Assembly: GCA_000165425.1 (NCBI GenBank)
Contig: CT868061.1
Coordinates: forward strand, 62,001 to 126,000
DNA length: 64,000 bases
Reading direction: 5' to 3'
DNA from: Paramecium tetraurelia
Taxonomy: Eukaryota
The notes below the pieces were generated by a model. It worked only from the letters and a program-made list of their open reading frames with translations. It was not told where the DNA came from and searched no databases. Positions within the stretch are counted from its first letter, which is position 1. The number at the start of each line of letters is the position of its first letter. Of this stretch, positions 25,684 through 40,500 are shown piece by piece. A program made the position numbers and the translations under genes.

Positions 25684-26681
25684 GAATATTAATATTTGGA
25701 TCTATATTTAAATAAATTGGTTTTATTTTTATAATTCTATCCAGATTTAAAACAAGAAATGGTAAATGATGAAATACTTATTTACTCATTAAGCTTTCAT
25801 CTTCAAATTAATTTGAAATTCACCCAATCTTTTCTTAATCTTAAATTCCCTTTTTTGATATAGAATTTTTGTATTGATTTGAGGCATTTAAATTTGAATT
25901 ACATAAAATTTGAAACCAATTATGTCATGAAATTTATGCAACAATACAGATTTTAAATCTCAATTTAAGTCATATAATTGAAAAAACAAAGTTTGGAAAC
26001 CTTGAGCTATTAGATGGAGATTCTTAAAATTGAGTCAGTACTAAAAGTATATTGAAAATTTTATAATCGTCTAAAAAATAATACAAATCTATATTGGATG
26101 TTGCTTATTAATTTTCAGTGTATCGATATTTACACTACAATTAAATGTTAAATTCTAGGCTAAATTTTTAAAACTATTTCAATAAGTATTATCTATTTTC
26201 ATCATTATTTCCATTTTTATAACTTCTAAAATTCTAATTGGAGATTTTGATTATATTACATATAGTTATAACATATTAAATTAATTATGTAATATTAATG
26301 AGTTTAGATTTTAAAAATTATGGAGTATATGATAGAATTGAATAAGATAAATTAAGTATGATATAACATAAAATTCTCTAGATTTATTCATTAAAACATT
26401 CTAATAGGGTCTAATTTAAAGAACAATTTGATTTGATTACCCATAAAATTAATAATATATAGATATTACGATCCTTGTTCTTTATTAATACTTGAGTATG
26501 AAGAAAAACGGTGTATATTTGAGAACAAATTCGGTTTGGAAAAATATAATTAAAATTAATATATAATCATCATTTAATTCTGGAGTATGATGTAATAATG
26601 TATAACAATATTCTTGATATTATATTGTATATATTCACTATCTAATAATATTAGAAGTAAAAAATGGTATAATTGATATGA

Positions 26682-27525
26682 TCATACAAATAATCTCATA
26701 GGTTAATTTTATTGTAACATGGATATTGTCTTATCATAATCTTCTAAAAGATAATTTTTGTAATTTTAGCGCAGTTACAATTTGTTAGATATAGGATTGA
26801 TTACAGGAGTGTCTCTCTCCATAATTGGCGGTAGTTTTAAAGGCTTGTTCATGTAATCATACTTTGGTTGTTGGGGTTCACTTACTCTGCTTTCGAAAAC
26901 CTAGTGTTAAGGAGTAGGTTAGATAGAGTATGATTTAATCCTTTGTGGTTGTTTTTCAATTTCAGATTAATAATCTACGTTGGTCTCCAATTGGGATAGA
27001 TAGAGTGCCTTGTTATTTTGTGCTCTTAAGTGTTCTCTCTCTTGTCTCATCTTTTATGCTTTTTCTTGATTTCTCACCACCTTGCTTGTGTGTGTCCCTG
27101 GAATGGCTCCTTCTATATCATTAGTTGCCAACAATCTGTCCCCTTATAGATTTCCTGATATTATATATTAATACTTTGGTTAATCATAGTAATTCTCCAG
27201 GGCTCGATATTATTTGATTTCTCCTAAGTGCAAGTTGTAATGTTTTTTGTGTGAACCATCGAAATAGTTCTCTCCTTAAGGAACACAACTATTGCAGAAA
27301 TGATGAAAATCATGCTAATACCTCCTACGACCATATTGGGGATCCTGTTTAGGGATTGTATATCTAGAAAAAGTTAGTGTATAAGATTAACTGCAATTTT
27401 ATGTTATTTGCTTAGCGAATATCTTGAGGAAGGATCTTGTCTAAGTAAGAACTCTTCTATTTTGGTTGAGCACCCACGATATCAACAGTCAACAATGACC
27501 TATCAAATTATTGCACATTATTCAT
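26682..27525 (-). CDS. Hypothetical protein with two L-x-T-x-DI-x-GA-x-P motifs
   Basis: ATG 27525, introns ~27365-27392 and ~27155-27175. Motifs RSLLTVDIVGAQP and RLLATNDIEGAIP; TGA 26682-26684. Confidence 0.7.
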
Positions 27526-27593
27526 TTTAATAATATTTATTGATATTTTATTATTCAGACATTAGTTACTCATCAAGAACACAAAATATATCA

Positions 27594-30500
27594 TCAAGTT
27601 TCTAATTCCTTTGTGTGCAAGAAATCCTTTATAAATTGTTTTATGGATCTTATTTTTTGAATAACTCTCAGAGGAATCATCATTATCATCGATCTCGTTC
27701 TCCAAACATCTCTCGTCATCTTTATGACTAGAGGCAACCACAAAATAAAATAAATCACAAATAGCAACACTTCAAACACTATGAACAATGCCAATCTCTA
27801 TGTTTTAGCGTCATCAATATCTATTGATATTCCAACTTACAGTTTTTCCATCAAATATCTAAATGTGCCTAAATTTAGAATTCATATGTACCTTTATTAT
27901 AGACCTCCTGAATTACTCTGGCTTCCTTAGACTAATTGAAATTAACTAAATTGAGAATATAATTGCTAATATTATCAGAGTTTTTTGTAATGTTCTTAAA
28001 AGTAGTAAACCCTCTTGCTATAGTAGTAAAATTGGCTTTCGAGTTGTTCCAAAATTAATCATATATCGTCATAGTATATCTCAAATTCTCAAAGTATCTT
28101 GCCAATCCTACAGCCATACCCTAATAAATAGCACCATCAGCTAAAACTTAACAATCTGTCTCTTTAATTTCCTCCAAATAGGAGGCAAGGATTGTACATG
28201 GTTAAAGCATAAATACCTCTTTGAAGGCTGTTTAATATATTGAATTTGTAATATCAGTATTAAGGGAATGCTCTTGATGAATAGAGGAATCAAGAGCATA
28301 AAGTTTATCTATGTTCTATTTTACTTTTGTGTAAGAGTCTTCATTTTCGATTGTGATATTTCTATTAATATATAAAGAACTTTAAGCATTATCTGAAAAT
28401 CTATAAAAACCTTCAGCTCTACTTGTAGCATTAATTTCTGGAACTAATTAAGCTAAATTGCTAAGCAATGTATCACTCATGAAAAAATTAAAAATAAAGT
28501 AAGCCTATAGAATAAGAATTACAAAAGCGAATGCAAAAATGTAGTTTCTTTAATCTTTGTTTGTATTTTTGAATTTTTTCTTCTTTCTCTTGCTTTTTAG
28601 AGTTTTGTTTAATTCCTCCTACTCTTCCTTCTCTAATTCTTCTAATTCTGATAAGACATCATCGTCCTCACCTAATTAGAGGTTAGATATAAAATTTTCA
28701 CTTTTGTTGTATAAATACTTAACCGTTTTATCTGGAATATCCAAGAACATTGAAAGAATTTCTTCTTATATTTTATTGACTGAGAGTGTTATGATCGTCA
28801 ACATCAACAATCCTAGACCTAAGGCTCCTGCTGATATTCCTAAAATTATTTGAAATGTCTCCTTTTTTTCTTTAGTTTTAACTATCATTCCTTCTGCATA
28901 TAGATTGCTTGAATTTCTCATTTAAAACACTAAATCATTGAGCAAATTGTAAATAATAAACTGAACATCAGCATCTTCATATACAATCTAAGATAGCGAT
29001 TTATCCCTTATGTTTAATGCCTTACTAACTATTTATTAAGTAGCTTCCATTAAATCGTAATTTTGATATTGTTCTCCAAATTTCATCTTAACGACATTCT
29101 CACTCTGCAATTCTTTTAATTGATCACTTATGTATATATTTGATAACATTAAGTTTTTATTCAATTAAGAAACTAATTAGATCGAATTATTAAGCTTTGT
29201 CTTTTGAACTGTTTCAAATGCTGTTCTTGCTTCTGTTGTGTTGATTTAAAAAATATTTAAATTTAACATTTATAGATTCTGCACTGAAGTTAATATTGAA
29301 TGTAATTCAGCTGTTCTTAAATTAGTGTATTCAACCAACTCCAAAGTTGAATAAATTTCATTATATTGAGCCTAACATACAAAAAAATCTGAAAAACTAA
29401 GTGCTACTAAAAGTAATATAATAAAATTTGCTGTCCAAGTTAATTTTTTTATTACTTAAGGTGTGATTTAATTATCGACAACCGTAGAAAGATTTTTTCT
29501 TGATTTAAATATGTTATTAAAATCCTACATTTATCCTTCCTAATCATTGTCCACATCTTGCTATCTCTAAAATACACTTCTTCCTTGTTAATCTTCTTCT
29601 TCAGATATTTAATCATCTCTATCATCGATCTCTTAAACTCTATTTTCAAAGAGTCTCACTATTTTTATGCCTTCTGCATAATTTATTTTCGATACTATTA
29701 AGACATTACCATCTTCTGACTTTTCTGACTTAATTTGAGATTTGATTAAGTCAGCGCCTGGCTATACTGATGAAATCATTGAAGACTGATCATTTTATTC
29801 CCATAGAATAGTTTAATCCACCCTTTGAGAATTGGTATCGCTTACGTATTCCCCTTAATATAAGAACTTCGATGGGTTGAATTTAAATTGCATAGTATTT
29901 GTCAGTACTTTTTAATGGGGTATATTAATTTCTAAATTCATACTCATCTCCTAGATCTATTATTCCAATTTCACAATATAGCCTACCACCTGATCTCCAT
30001 GTTCATTGAATATTTCAGAGGTAAAACATTAAAATTAGATTGTCTCACCCTTTTTCTCTGCTTCTTCAAACTCCTAAGATGCACTGACAGCAGATGAAGT
30101 GTTCAAATTGAACAATATTTGACCGCCTATTTTGGATAGGAATAACTATTTTTGTTATTGGTAATTTGGAAATAATTCGGAGATAGAGGTTTTCTTATGA
30201 GATATCTACTTAGAGTCGAGATTTAATAAGGGGATACAAGTTGATGAAATTGAATCTATTATTTCTTCATTGTCTAATATAAGATAGCAAGTTGGTTTAA
30301 AGCTTTTGAGCACTCTAAACTAGGCAGCTAAGGACACATTCTCATCTAATGATTAAATGATTTTCAAATAAATATAGCAGGGCATAATATAATTAGATTT
30401 CATTTTAATATAAATTAATCTGTCTTTATAAATGTTCTTATTATCGTTAGATTGCAGGAAATTCTCAACGTAAGCATCATGAAATTTAGAATATAAATTA

Positions 30501-32560
30501 GGCATAAAAATATTGATCTTCCTATTGATCATTTCAGATTTATTGTACCCAAATAGATTACAAGCACCCAAATTTAAATTGGTTATTTAAGCAAATTTCT
30601 CTTAAGATGCTGATACCAATAAAATTGGTTGAGATTCATATCCAATCTCTTCGCTAGTGAAGATGGAAATGGTTTATTTATTTTTCATTTTATTGTTTTA
30701 TGTTTAAAGTGACTTAGATTTTTCTAATAATTATTCTCCAAAATCTTTATCTTAAAGTACTTCAATGATGAATTTAGCATATAATCTCATAGCTTTGGGT
30801 AGATTTTGAGTCATTTTCTACATTCTATTCCATAATTCTTCAACTTAAAGAATAGCTTGATTGATTTTGGATCCAATTTCATTCATTTTGCCCAAATCAG
30901 GGGACTCCTCTTATAGTTAAGACCAGAAGTCCATATGCATCAATGTTGCTCTCTCTATTTTATTTTAAAATTATCTCATATTATTCTAAAATGCTATTTC
31001 TGTTGCAACATCTAGGTTTCCAAAGGTTTCATTTTGTGCTGTATTCATTTCTTCCTCAATGATTTTCTTGTATCTAAAAATAATGAAATCATTATCAAGA
31101 CTTGGACTCAGTGTTTCAGCTTAGATGAGCTCATTGATGGCTTATTGTCTTTATTTCATATTGTCCAATAAGAAAAAGGCATAACGTATTCTGAGGTTGA
31201 TTTCATTGGGAAACTTCTTAATTTAGTTAAAGTAGATCTAGGCCATGACCATGAGGAGATCCAGGTCTCTTTCAATAATAGTGCCTTCTTTAAAGAGTGG
31301 TTTCTACTATCTTTGGTTAATCATTTTTTTCTGTTTAAGATAGCAATCCTCTCTTGTGCATGTTGCTTTATGAATTTCCAAGAAGCCGTCAATCAACAAA
31401 GAGCTGTTGGAATTCAATGAACTTTTGTAAAGGAGTTTGAGGAGATGATTGGTCAGTTGCACAATTTGATCAGGGTCTTGGACTTTGTTTAGATTTAATA
31501 GAAGTAAATCGTAATGCAATTTTTCACTTTTGATGATGGCAGCTATCATGAGAGGTACTCCAGCAATCCAAGCATAGACTGTACCGATGAATAAGACTCC
31601 TTCAAGAAATTTGGCAAAGCAAATGAGAATCACTCCCCATAGATTTAATGCAACTAGCATAGACCATGCCTTCTGGATGTACAGGTTGTTAAATGGTTGC
31701 TCGATGTGTATTTTCCAGAAGACTATAAAGCTGCCTATGAGCATAATCAGAATCATCAAGTAATCGTAATTCTTGCCAGTCATGAAAGTATAGCAAATAA
31801 CCATAACTAATTGGTAAGTAAGCAAAACAGCATTTGCTCTTCCGCTCTTTTTAGAGGAAGCTTCAGGAGGTTGGTATCTGGGTTCGAAGTAAAGTAATGA
31901 GAAGAGTAAGCAAAGAATATAGAATAAAATAACTCCGAAAATGGCTACGACGGAATGGACAATATGTATATTTACCCAACATTCAACATCAAAGAGTTGG
32001 TGCTGGAGTACGCCTGCTGCATTATCGGCACACGACAACATTGAAAAAAGCAAATCGACGATGGGCATATATAGCACCTATAAAAATAGGGACATTAAGA
32101 ATCTGAGCAACATGATTGGCCAAGTAAATGAAGATTTAGATTTACTGACACTGTAGCTCAGCAAAAACATCAGCATCAAAGCAAACAGAAGCAATCCCAG
32201 ACACACATACATCATAGCCACGAATCCCTAAAAACTAACCATTTCAAAGTATGGGGTCAATAGGACATACCTATAAAATTAAATGATCATTTTGTACCCA
32301 AAGATTTTGTTCAGTTGTTTTGTTATGATCTCATTTTGCCACACCTTCCAAATCTGCCGATTAAAGAGGATATAAGTAATTTGCATATACTGTATCGCGA
32401 TACCAATGCATGTGAAGGGAATCGACTACTCCTCATCTTTCAACATTAGTTGGATAACCCGAAAAAAGACTCCTTTCATCTCCACTTGCAATTTCTCAAG
32501 TACAGATCGATCTGCCTCCAAGGAACTTTTAGAAGTACCAAAGTTTGACTTAAGTTCCAT
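27594..32560 (-). CDS. Multi-TM PAS-domain protein, TmcB/TmcC-like (paralog A)
   Basis: N-terminal multi-TM block, H..TC.REDC motif, helical domain (MDFWSQLQEESPDL..AMRLYAKFIIEVLQD), PAS (NLGACNLFGYNKSEMINRKINIFMPNLYSKFHD), C-terminal TMs ending TRSMIMMIPLRVI. ATG 32560, TGA 27594-27596. Confidence 0.87.
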
Positions 32561-32582
32561 TTTAATTATTAATTATTATATC

Positions 32583-35500
32583 TCACTAATCTTAGCTGTG
32601 AATCAAAACGCCAATGAAAGATTTTATCATTTTAATCTTCTAAATCACACGCAATGGAATCATCAAGATCAACCCCTTCGTTCTCCAAATATCTCTCGTC
32701 ATTTTCATCTCAGCCGGTAACCAAATAATGAAATACACAAAAAATATCAGCACTTCAAAAACAATGAATATAGCCAATAACTAAGTTTGAGTTACCTCAA
32801 TGTCGTATTTCAAAGCAGCCAAGTATTAATCGAGTAAAAATTCAAAAGCAGCTAAACAAATATTTCAAATTCTCATACCTCTTATAAATTTATTCTGCAT
32901 AATCCGTGATTCTGTGGTCTGTTTGAAATTATTCAAATTATAGACATAATTAGTCACATTGTCAGAGTCATTAGTGATATTTCGAAATTGTCCCCAACCT
33001 CTCGCAACCACACTGAAATTTGCCTCAGGATGCCCATAAAACATGTCATAAATTGTCATTATGTACCTTATGTTCTCAAAATATCTAGCTATTGCTACAG
33101 CCATCCCTTAAGAAATCGACCCATCTGCAAATGTTTCACAATACTCAACTGTTGTATACCCCTCCTTTTCAAATATGTCGCAAGGACTCAACATAAAAAT
33201 GGATTAGAAAGTGTCATAATAATCTTAATTCACGATTTCAGAGTTCTTTGCATGTTCTTAATGCAATTCAGAGTCCACTTCATAATTTAATTGTATGTTG
33301 TTCATTACTATAGAGTATGAGTCCTTCCCAAGGATGGGTTCTTCACGATTCAAAAATAGTTGCCTTTCACAATTATCGACAAATCTATAATATGACCCAG
33401 ATCTGGCTGTAACGTTTAATTCTGGTATTTACTACCTCAAATTATTATTAATAACTTGATTTAGAAAATAACTCAATATGAAATATCCTTAAAAAGTGCA
33501 AAGAATAAAGGTAATTATAAGAATTTGAGTTCTGTGTGATGAATTTGTATTCTTGAACATCTTCTTCTTCCTCTTTGATTTAAGAGTTCTACTCAACTCT
33601 TTATTTTCATCCTATTACTCATCATCACTGAAATCAGAAGATAATTCTTCTTCTTCCCCTACCTATAAGTTCGAGATAAAATTTTCGCTTTTGTTATACA
33701 AATATTTTACTGTTTTTTCTGGTATCTCCATAAACAATTGCAATATTTGTTCCTGTATTAAATTGATCTTTATTATTAGAATTACAATCATTACCAATAA
33801 TATAAAAAAAGAGCTTGCAGACACTACCATAAAAATGAAAAAGATTTTAACATTATTCTCTGACAAATCCCGAATTCCATAAGAATATTAGCTTGTCTCA
33901 TTACGATATTCAATTATAATTCCATTGTGCATGTTATAATTAATAAAAGCCACATCTTCATCATCCAATGTCAAATTTTATAATGGTTTATCTCTAACTA
34001 TTAGAGCTTTGCTAATTATTTGCTAAGTAGCTTCGATTAAGTCATAATTAGAAAATCTACTTTTTGAGATTCTGACATTTACAACACTCTTTGAATATAA
34101 TTCTTCAATTTGTTCATTGATGTAAAGCTCATTTAACATCAATTTTTTATTGGCTTCTACTAATCCATATATGGATTTATTCAATTCATTTCTTTACTCC
34201 TCTTCATACGCAATAGCCTCAGTTTCTGTGAAATTCCATATTCCAATCCTCAGCATTTCTAAATTCTAAATGTTCATCACAATTTGGATAGATTCTTAAT
34301 TTCTCAAACTTGCATATGAAATTAAATTTAATGAATTTTGAATATTCTCAAATAAATACAATCCTAAGAAATAAGATGTAAATGACAGGGTTAGCACAGC
34401 CACCATTAAAATATTGATGATGCTACTCAAATAAATGATTACTTTTGGTCTTTATTAATCATTAATTGTTGAACTTAATACTTTTCTATTTCTAAATACA
34501 TTATTCTTTTGGCCTTTCTCAAACTCATCTGGGTTATCTGAATTCGATTAAAATACACTTGAATGTTGGACGTCATCTGAATCTGTAAAGCTCATTCTAA
34601 TATCTTCAATTTCTTAAATTCTATTATCAAATAATTTTAACGTTCTTATCCCTTCTGCATAATTTATTCTTTCTATCTTCACCACTTCAACCTTTTCCTT
34701 CTTTTCAACTTGAGTTTCTTCGCTCATTCTAGATGACTACTCCCAAATAACTGTTTGATCAACTCTAGCTGAGTTTCCTTCCTCCTGGTTTTCTCCTAAA
34801 TATAAAGCCTTTGCAGCAAAATATTTAAATTAAAAATTGCTCATGGTTGAATTTTGTACAATTAATTATTACTGCATATCAGGACCATAGATTTAACTCT
34901 AATCATTTAGCACTTTCTCTAATTTTATGACATATCCAACAACCTAATCTTAATATTAATTAGAAATTTCAGTAATTTAAATTTAAAATAATATTTAAGT
35001 CTGATCTTGCTAAATCATTAATATAGTATTAAAGATAATTTGAGTTCTAAACAACATTAGATTACAAATTCAAACTAATTACGCAACCAGTCTTATTTAA
35101 GTAATCATTTCTATTATAATTTGTGAATAGCTCATGAAAGTAGATCTTTTTATGACTAATCATCTTTGAATCAATAAACAAGTAACAAATACAAGATGAC
35201 GAGACGGACTCAATGGCATCATCATGATCAAGAATTAGATAGCATCCTCCTTTGAAGGTACGCAATGTTCTAAACTAAGCTGCAATTACAACATCTTCAT
35301 CTAGTTATGATAACGCTTTCATGCATATATAGCAAGGCATAATGTAGCCTGACTTTAATTTTATATAGATTAATCTTTCCTTCACAATCTGTTATAAATC
35401 ATTACTCTAAAATAACATTTCTATATGTTTATCATGAAACTTAGTATAAATTTATGGAATCAACAAATTTATTTTTCTATTCATCAATTCTGTCTTATGG

Positions 35501-37485
35501 TATCCAAACAAATTACAAGCACTTAAATTTAAATTAGAAATCTAAGCAAATTTACTTGACATTGTAGATATTAATAAAGTTGGTAATGGTTCAAAATTAA
35601 TCTCTTCGCTAGTGAAGATGGAAATGGTTTATTTGTTTTTCATTTTATTGTTTTATGTTTAAAGTGACTTAGACTTTTCTAATAATTATTCTCCAAAATC
35701 TTTATCTTAAAGTACTTCAATAATAAATTTAGCATATAATCTCATAGCTTTAGGTAGATTTTGAGTCATTTTCTACATTCTATTCCACAGTTCTTCAACT
35801 TAAAGAATAGATAGATTGATTTTGGATCCAATTTCATTCATTTTACCTAAATCAGGAGAATCCTCTTATAACTAAGACCAGAAGTCCATATGCATTAAAG
35901 TGGCTCTCTCTATTTTATTTTAAAATTATCTCATATTATTCTAAAATGCTATTTCTGTTGCAATATCTAGATTACCACTTAGAGCTTCATTTTATGATAT
36001 GTTCATTTCATCTTCAATTATCCTTTTATATCTAAAAATAGTAAACTCATAATCTATGCTGGGTGATAATAATTCTATTTAATTAAATTCATTTAAAGAT
36101 TATTACTTTTATTTCAAAAAATCAAGTAGATAAAAGGCATAATTAATTCTTAATCTTACATTGTTTTAATGTCTTCTAATGTATCCTTGATATATCTCTC
36201 CAATTAGTAAATGTATTTAGTAATCTCTCTCAGTGATATTTGCATCCTTTAGTTTTAATAATCTTTAGTTTAATTGTTTTTTTATTCTAAATACGCAATC
36301 CTCCTTTTAGCAAGTTTTTATGTGTACTTCAATAAGTGCATCCAACATAATGTGAAAATGTTAGTTAGCATGATATCTTGATAGTAATTTTTAAATATAA
36401 TTAGTTAATAGTATGATTTGATTAGGATCCTCTGTTTTATTGATATTCATTAATAATAGATCATAAAGATACTTCTCTTTTTTATATATAGCAAATATAA
36501 TAAGAGGGATACCAACTAGCCAGGCATAGATAGTTCCATGAAATATCGTGTTTTCCAGATAATTTGAAAAACACATCATTATGGCACTCCATAACATTAG
36601 AGCAGCATACATAGATGAGATTTTCTGTATAAATACATTATTGAATGGTTATTCTATATGAAATTAATAGAATGTGATTACTGCTCCAATCATAAGGATG
36701 TAAATAGCGACATAATCAAATTTAAATAAATCAATGAATGTAAACGAAATTTCTAATAAGAGAAAGATAAAACATTTAAGAGTTTTTGCCCTTCCAGATG
36801 TTTTGGATAATTGATCTTTGTGATTATATTTTGGTTCAAAGTAAAGCAAATTAAAAGTCATCGTAATCATGATAAAGATTATGATTCCAAGAATGGCTAC
36901 AATAGCGTGAATGACATGGGAACCTTACCAACATATGGTATCAAATACAACGTTGATGAGTTGATTTTTATCATCATAGTGGCAATTGAGCATTTGAAAT
37001 AAAAGATCAAGTATTGGTAAATAAAGTATAGTAGTAAAGAGGATGAAAATCTATTTGAGGATATAAATTGGCCAAGTATATGAAGTGTTGAGTCTAGTAA
37101 TATTTGTGTATCCAATTAGTAATAACAACATGATGGATATAAGGATTATACCTATTAATGCATACATCATTGATGCGAAACTCGAAAAGTTGAGTTGTTC
37201 AAAATATGGGGTTAGCATGAAATATCCAAAGAATTTATAAAATTGATATGACACTTTCTAGTTCTTCCATACTAAATATAGTTGTCGATGAAAAATGAAT
37301 GTGAGATATTAAAAAAAGGACATCACTTACAGAAAGATTTGAATTGCAATCGACTATTCTTTATCCTTTAGAATCAAGAAGAAAACTCTGAAAATGATCG
37401 ATTTGAGTTCTGTCTGCAAACGTGTTAAGATATTATCATTCTCAACTGAATTCTTAGTGGATCCATAATTGGACTTTACCTCCAT
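32583..37485 (-). CDS. Multi-TM PAS-domain protein, TmcB/TmcC-like (paralog B)
   Basis: Same architecture. PAS NLSACNLFGYHKTELMNRKINLLIPQIYTKFHD; ends TKGLILMIPLRVI. ATG 37485, TGA 32583-32585. Confidence 0.87.
35781..35951. repeat. 171-bp exact direct repeat of 40730-40900; a close copy lies at ~30826-30996
   Basis: Base-by-base comparison from tattccacagttcttc to ctaaaatgcta shows identity between paralogs B and C. Confidence 0.92.
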
Positions 37486-37523
37486 TTAATTTAATTAATT
37501 GATAATTAATATAGATAAAGAAA

Positions 37524-40500
37524 TCAAACTTCTACATCATTGATCTGAATATTCATTTTTATATATGACTTAATAGACTTAATACTTTGTATGACGCTGA
37601 GTGGAATCATTAGTAGCATTGATCTTGTTCTCCATATGTCTTTAGTAAACTTGGCAACCAGAGGCAGCCATAAGAAAAAGTATACTATAAAGATCAACCC
37701 TTCAAAAACAATAAAGAATCCTAGCATTTAAGTTTTATGACCTTCCATATCCTGACTAATCCCTTGGATCATTTAGGAAACGAGAAATCTAAAAGCTCCT
37801 CTGTTGTATCTATCTTACATTTCCCTGGTCTCTATCGTTTAATTGAAATTATTTAGATTTAGGATATAATTTCTTACATTATCACTGTCTTTGGTGATAT
37901 TCCTAAATTTACCAAATCCTCTAGCTAAGTAAGTGAAGTTCGCATTTGGATTTCCCCAAAATTAATCATAAATTGTCATTACGTACCTTAGATTCTCAAA
38001 ATACCTTGCAATTCCAACAGCCATTCCTTAATAGACTGCTCCATCACAAAATAATTAGCATTCTTATTCAGTAATTTCATTTTAGAAATTTGAAATTATT
38101 GTACATGGTTGTTCCATAAAAATCTATTTATAAGAATCTAAGTATGTTTGACTTGTGATTTCCACATTTTATGAATGTTCCTGATGTATGGACGAATCTA
38201 GACTATACAATCCATTGATATTGTTCTTGACAATTTCATAAGCATCTTAATTCATGATTGTTTGATTGCGATTGAGAAATAAGGATCTTTCACTTATATC
38301 TACAAATCTATAGAAGCTCTCAGCCCTAGCAGTTGCATTAAATTCAGGTATCATCTAACTTAGATCTGTTAAAAATGATTTACTCTGTAGATAATTTAAT
38401 ATAAAATATCCTTAAGCAAGTAGAATAATTATTAAAATTCCAAGGGTAAAATTACGTTGTTCTTTGTTTGAATTTTTAAACTTCTTTCTCTTTCTTTTTG
38501 CTCTCAATGATTTATTCAACTCATTTTGGTTTTCTTTTTCTATATCATCCATTTCCGAGACCAATTCATCATCCTCACCCATTTGTAAATTTGATAGAAA
38601 ACTTTCAGCTCTATTAAATAAATATTTAATTATTTTATCTGGGATATCTATAAAAATTACCAACATTTCCTCAACAGTTTTATTTACTGACACTATGGCC
38701 ATTATCATAATAAATAACCCAACCCCAAGAGCAGCAGCTGAAATACTTAATATCAACAAAAATGTATCTTTGTTATTTTCTGATTTAATTCTCAGTTCAT
38801 TTGCATATAATGTAGAAAAAGTTCTTAATTAGTATACCAAACTATTTAGAGAATTAAACAACACAAAATTGACATCTATATCATCTAATTTAATATCAGA
38901 TATTGGTTTGTCTCTTATAATCAATGATTTACTCAATAACTATTAAATGGCTTCTGATAAATCAAACAATTCTGAAATACCCTCACTTGATTTCATACTC
39001 ACAACATCCGAATTCATCATATTTATTATCACATCACTTAAACTCACTTCTGTTAGCATTAACTCCTTATTCAAACTATCTACATTACTTATTGACTAAT
39101 TGAGTTTATTCTTCCACAATAATTCATATGCTTCTTACTCCTTTTCACTTTAAAATTCCCAAACACCCATATTCAACATCAATAAGTTCTAAATGCTTGT
39201 AGTTAGTGTTTGTAGCTCCGCATTTCTTTAATTTTGATTTCTTACCAAAACTATGGTGTTATAAATATCATCATATTGTTCATAAATGATGAAAAAATCA
39301 GTAAATGACAACACGACTAATATTATAGTTAAGATATTTGCAGTCCAATTGACTTTTGTAATCACCTTAGGAATCTAATAATTATTGATTATTTATGATA
39401 ATTGTTTTCTTGATCTAAATATATTATTCTTCTCATTCAATTCTTCTTATCCTAATCCATTAAAGTCTTCATTCTAACTTCTCTGAAACACACTTACCCT
39501 ATCCTCATTCTCTTCATCTGATATGATTTCTGGATCATTTATTTCCTAAATTCTGTTCTCAAATAGTCTCACCATTATGATTCCCTCTCCATAATCTATC
39601 TAACCTTTTTTTTAATTAATATCATCATCAACACTCATTAAATTCTTTTAATTGACATTAATATTTATTTCAGGTTGATTAGATGAAATCATAGATGATA
39701 GATCACCCTAATCCCAAATTATGGTTTAATCCACTCTTTAAGAGTTCAACTCAGCCAGAAATTCTCCACAATAACTATTCGCACGAGGATTGAATTTAAA
39801 TTGTAAACTTAAAACCCCTTGAAAATGATGATGTACATTCAGTTCCTAATTCATACTCTTTTCATTTCCATTTATTTCTAATCTAACCACATATCCAATT
39901 AATTCTCCATTAGTATTGTTAACTAATTCATTCATATAACATATAAATTGAATTTCACAATCGGCATTTTCATCCTTGCTACTTTTATTATTCAGTTATT
40001 ATTCACTCTTTTTAAAGTGTAAAGTGCCACCACTTTTAGTTAAATACAATTGCTTTGACTAATCGAAATTTGGAAAGATGTCGGTTAACTTTAGTCTTCC
40101 ATTTGATATCGATTTATAGTCAATATTCAAAAAAGCAATGCATGATGCGGATATAGAATCTATTACTTCATTAGCATCTACTATCAAGTAGCATGTAGGT
40201 TTGAATTATTTTAACGGCCGAAATTAAGCCCCTAATTATAAACTATCATCAAGCGACTAAATTAATTTAAGAGTCAAAAAACAAGGGAGGATGTAATTAG
40301 ATTTTTATTTTATGAAAACCAATCTCTCTCTATTGATTAATTTGTTATCATTTGTTTACATAAACCGATCAAAATATGCATCATGAAATTTAGAATATAT
40401 GCTAGGCATAAATATATTAATCTTGCGATTTATCATCTCAGATTTCACAAATCCAAATAAATTACAACAAGATAGATTTATATTCATAATTTATGCGAAT

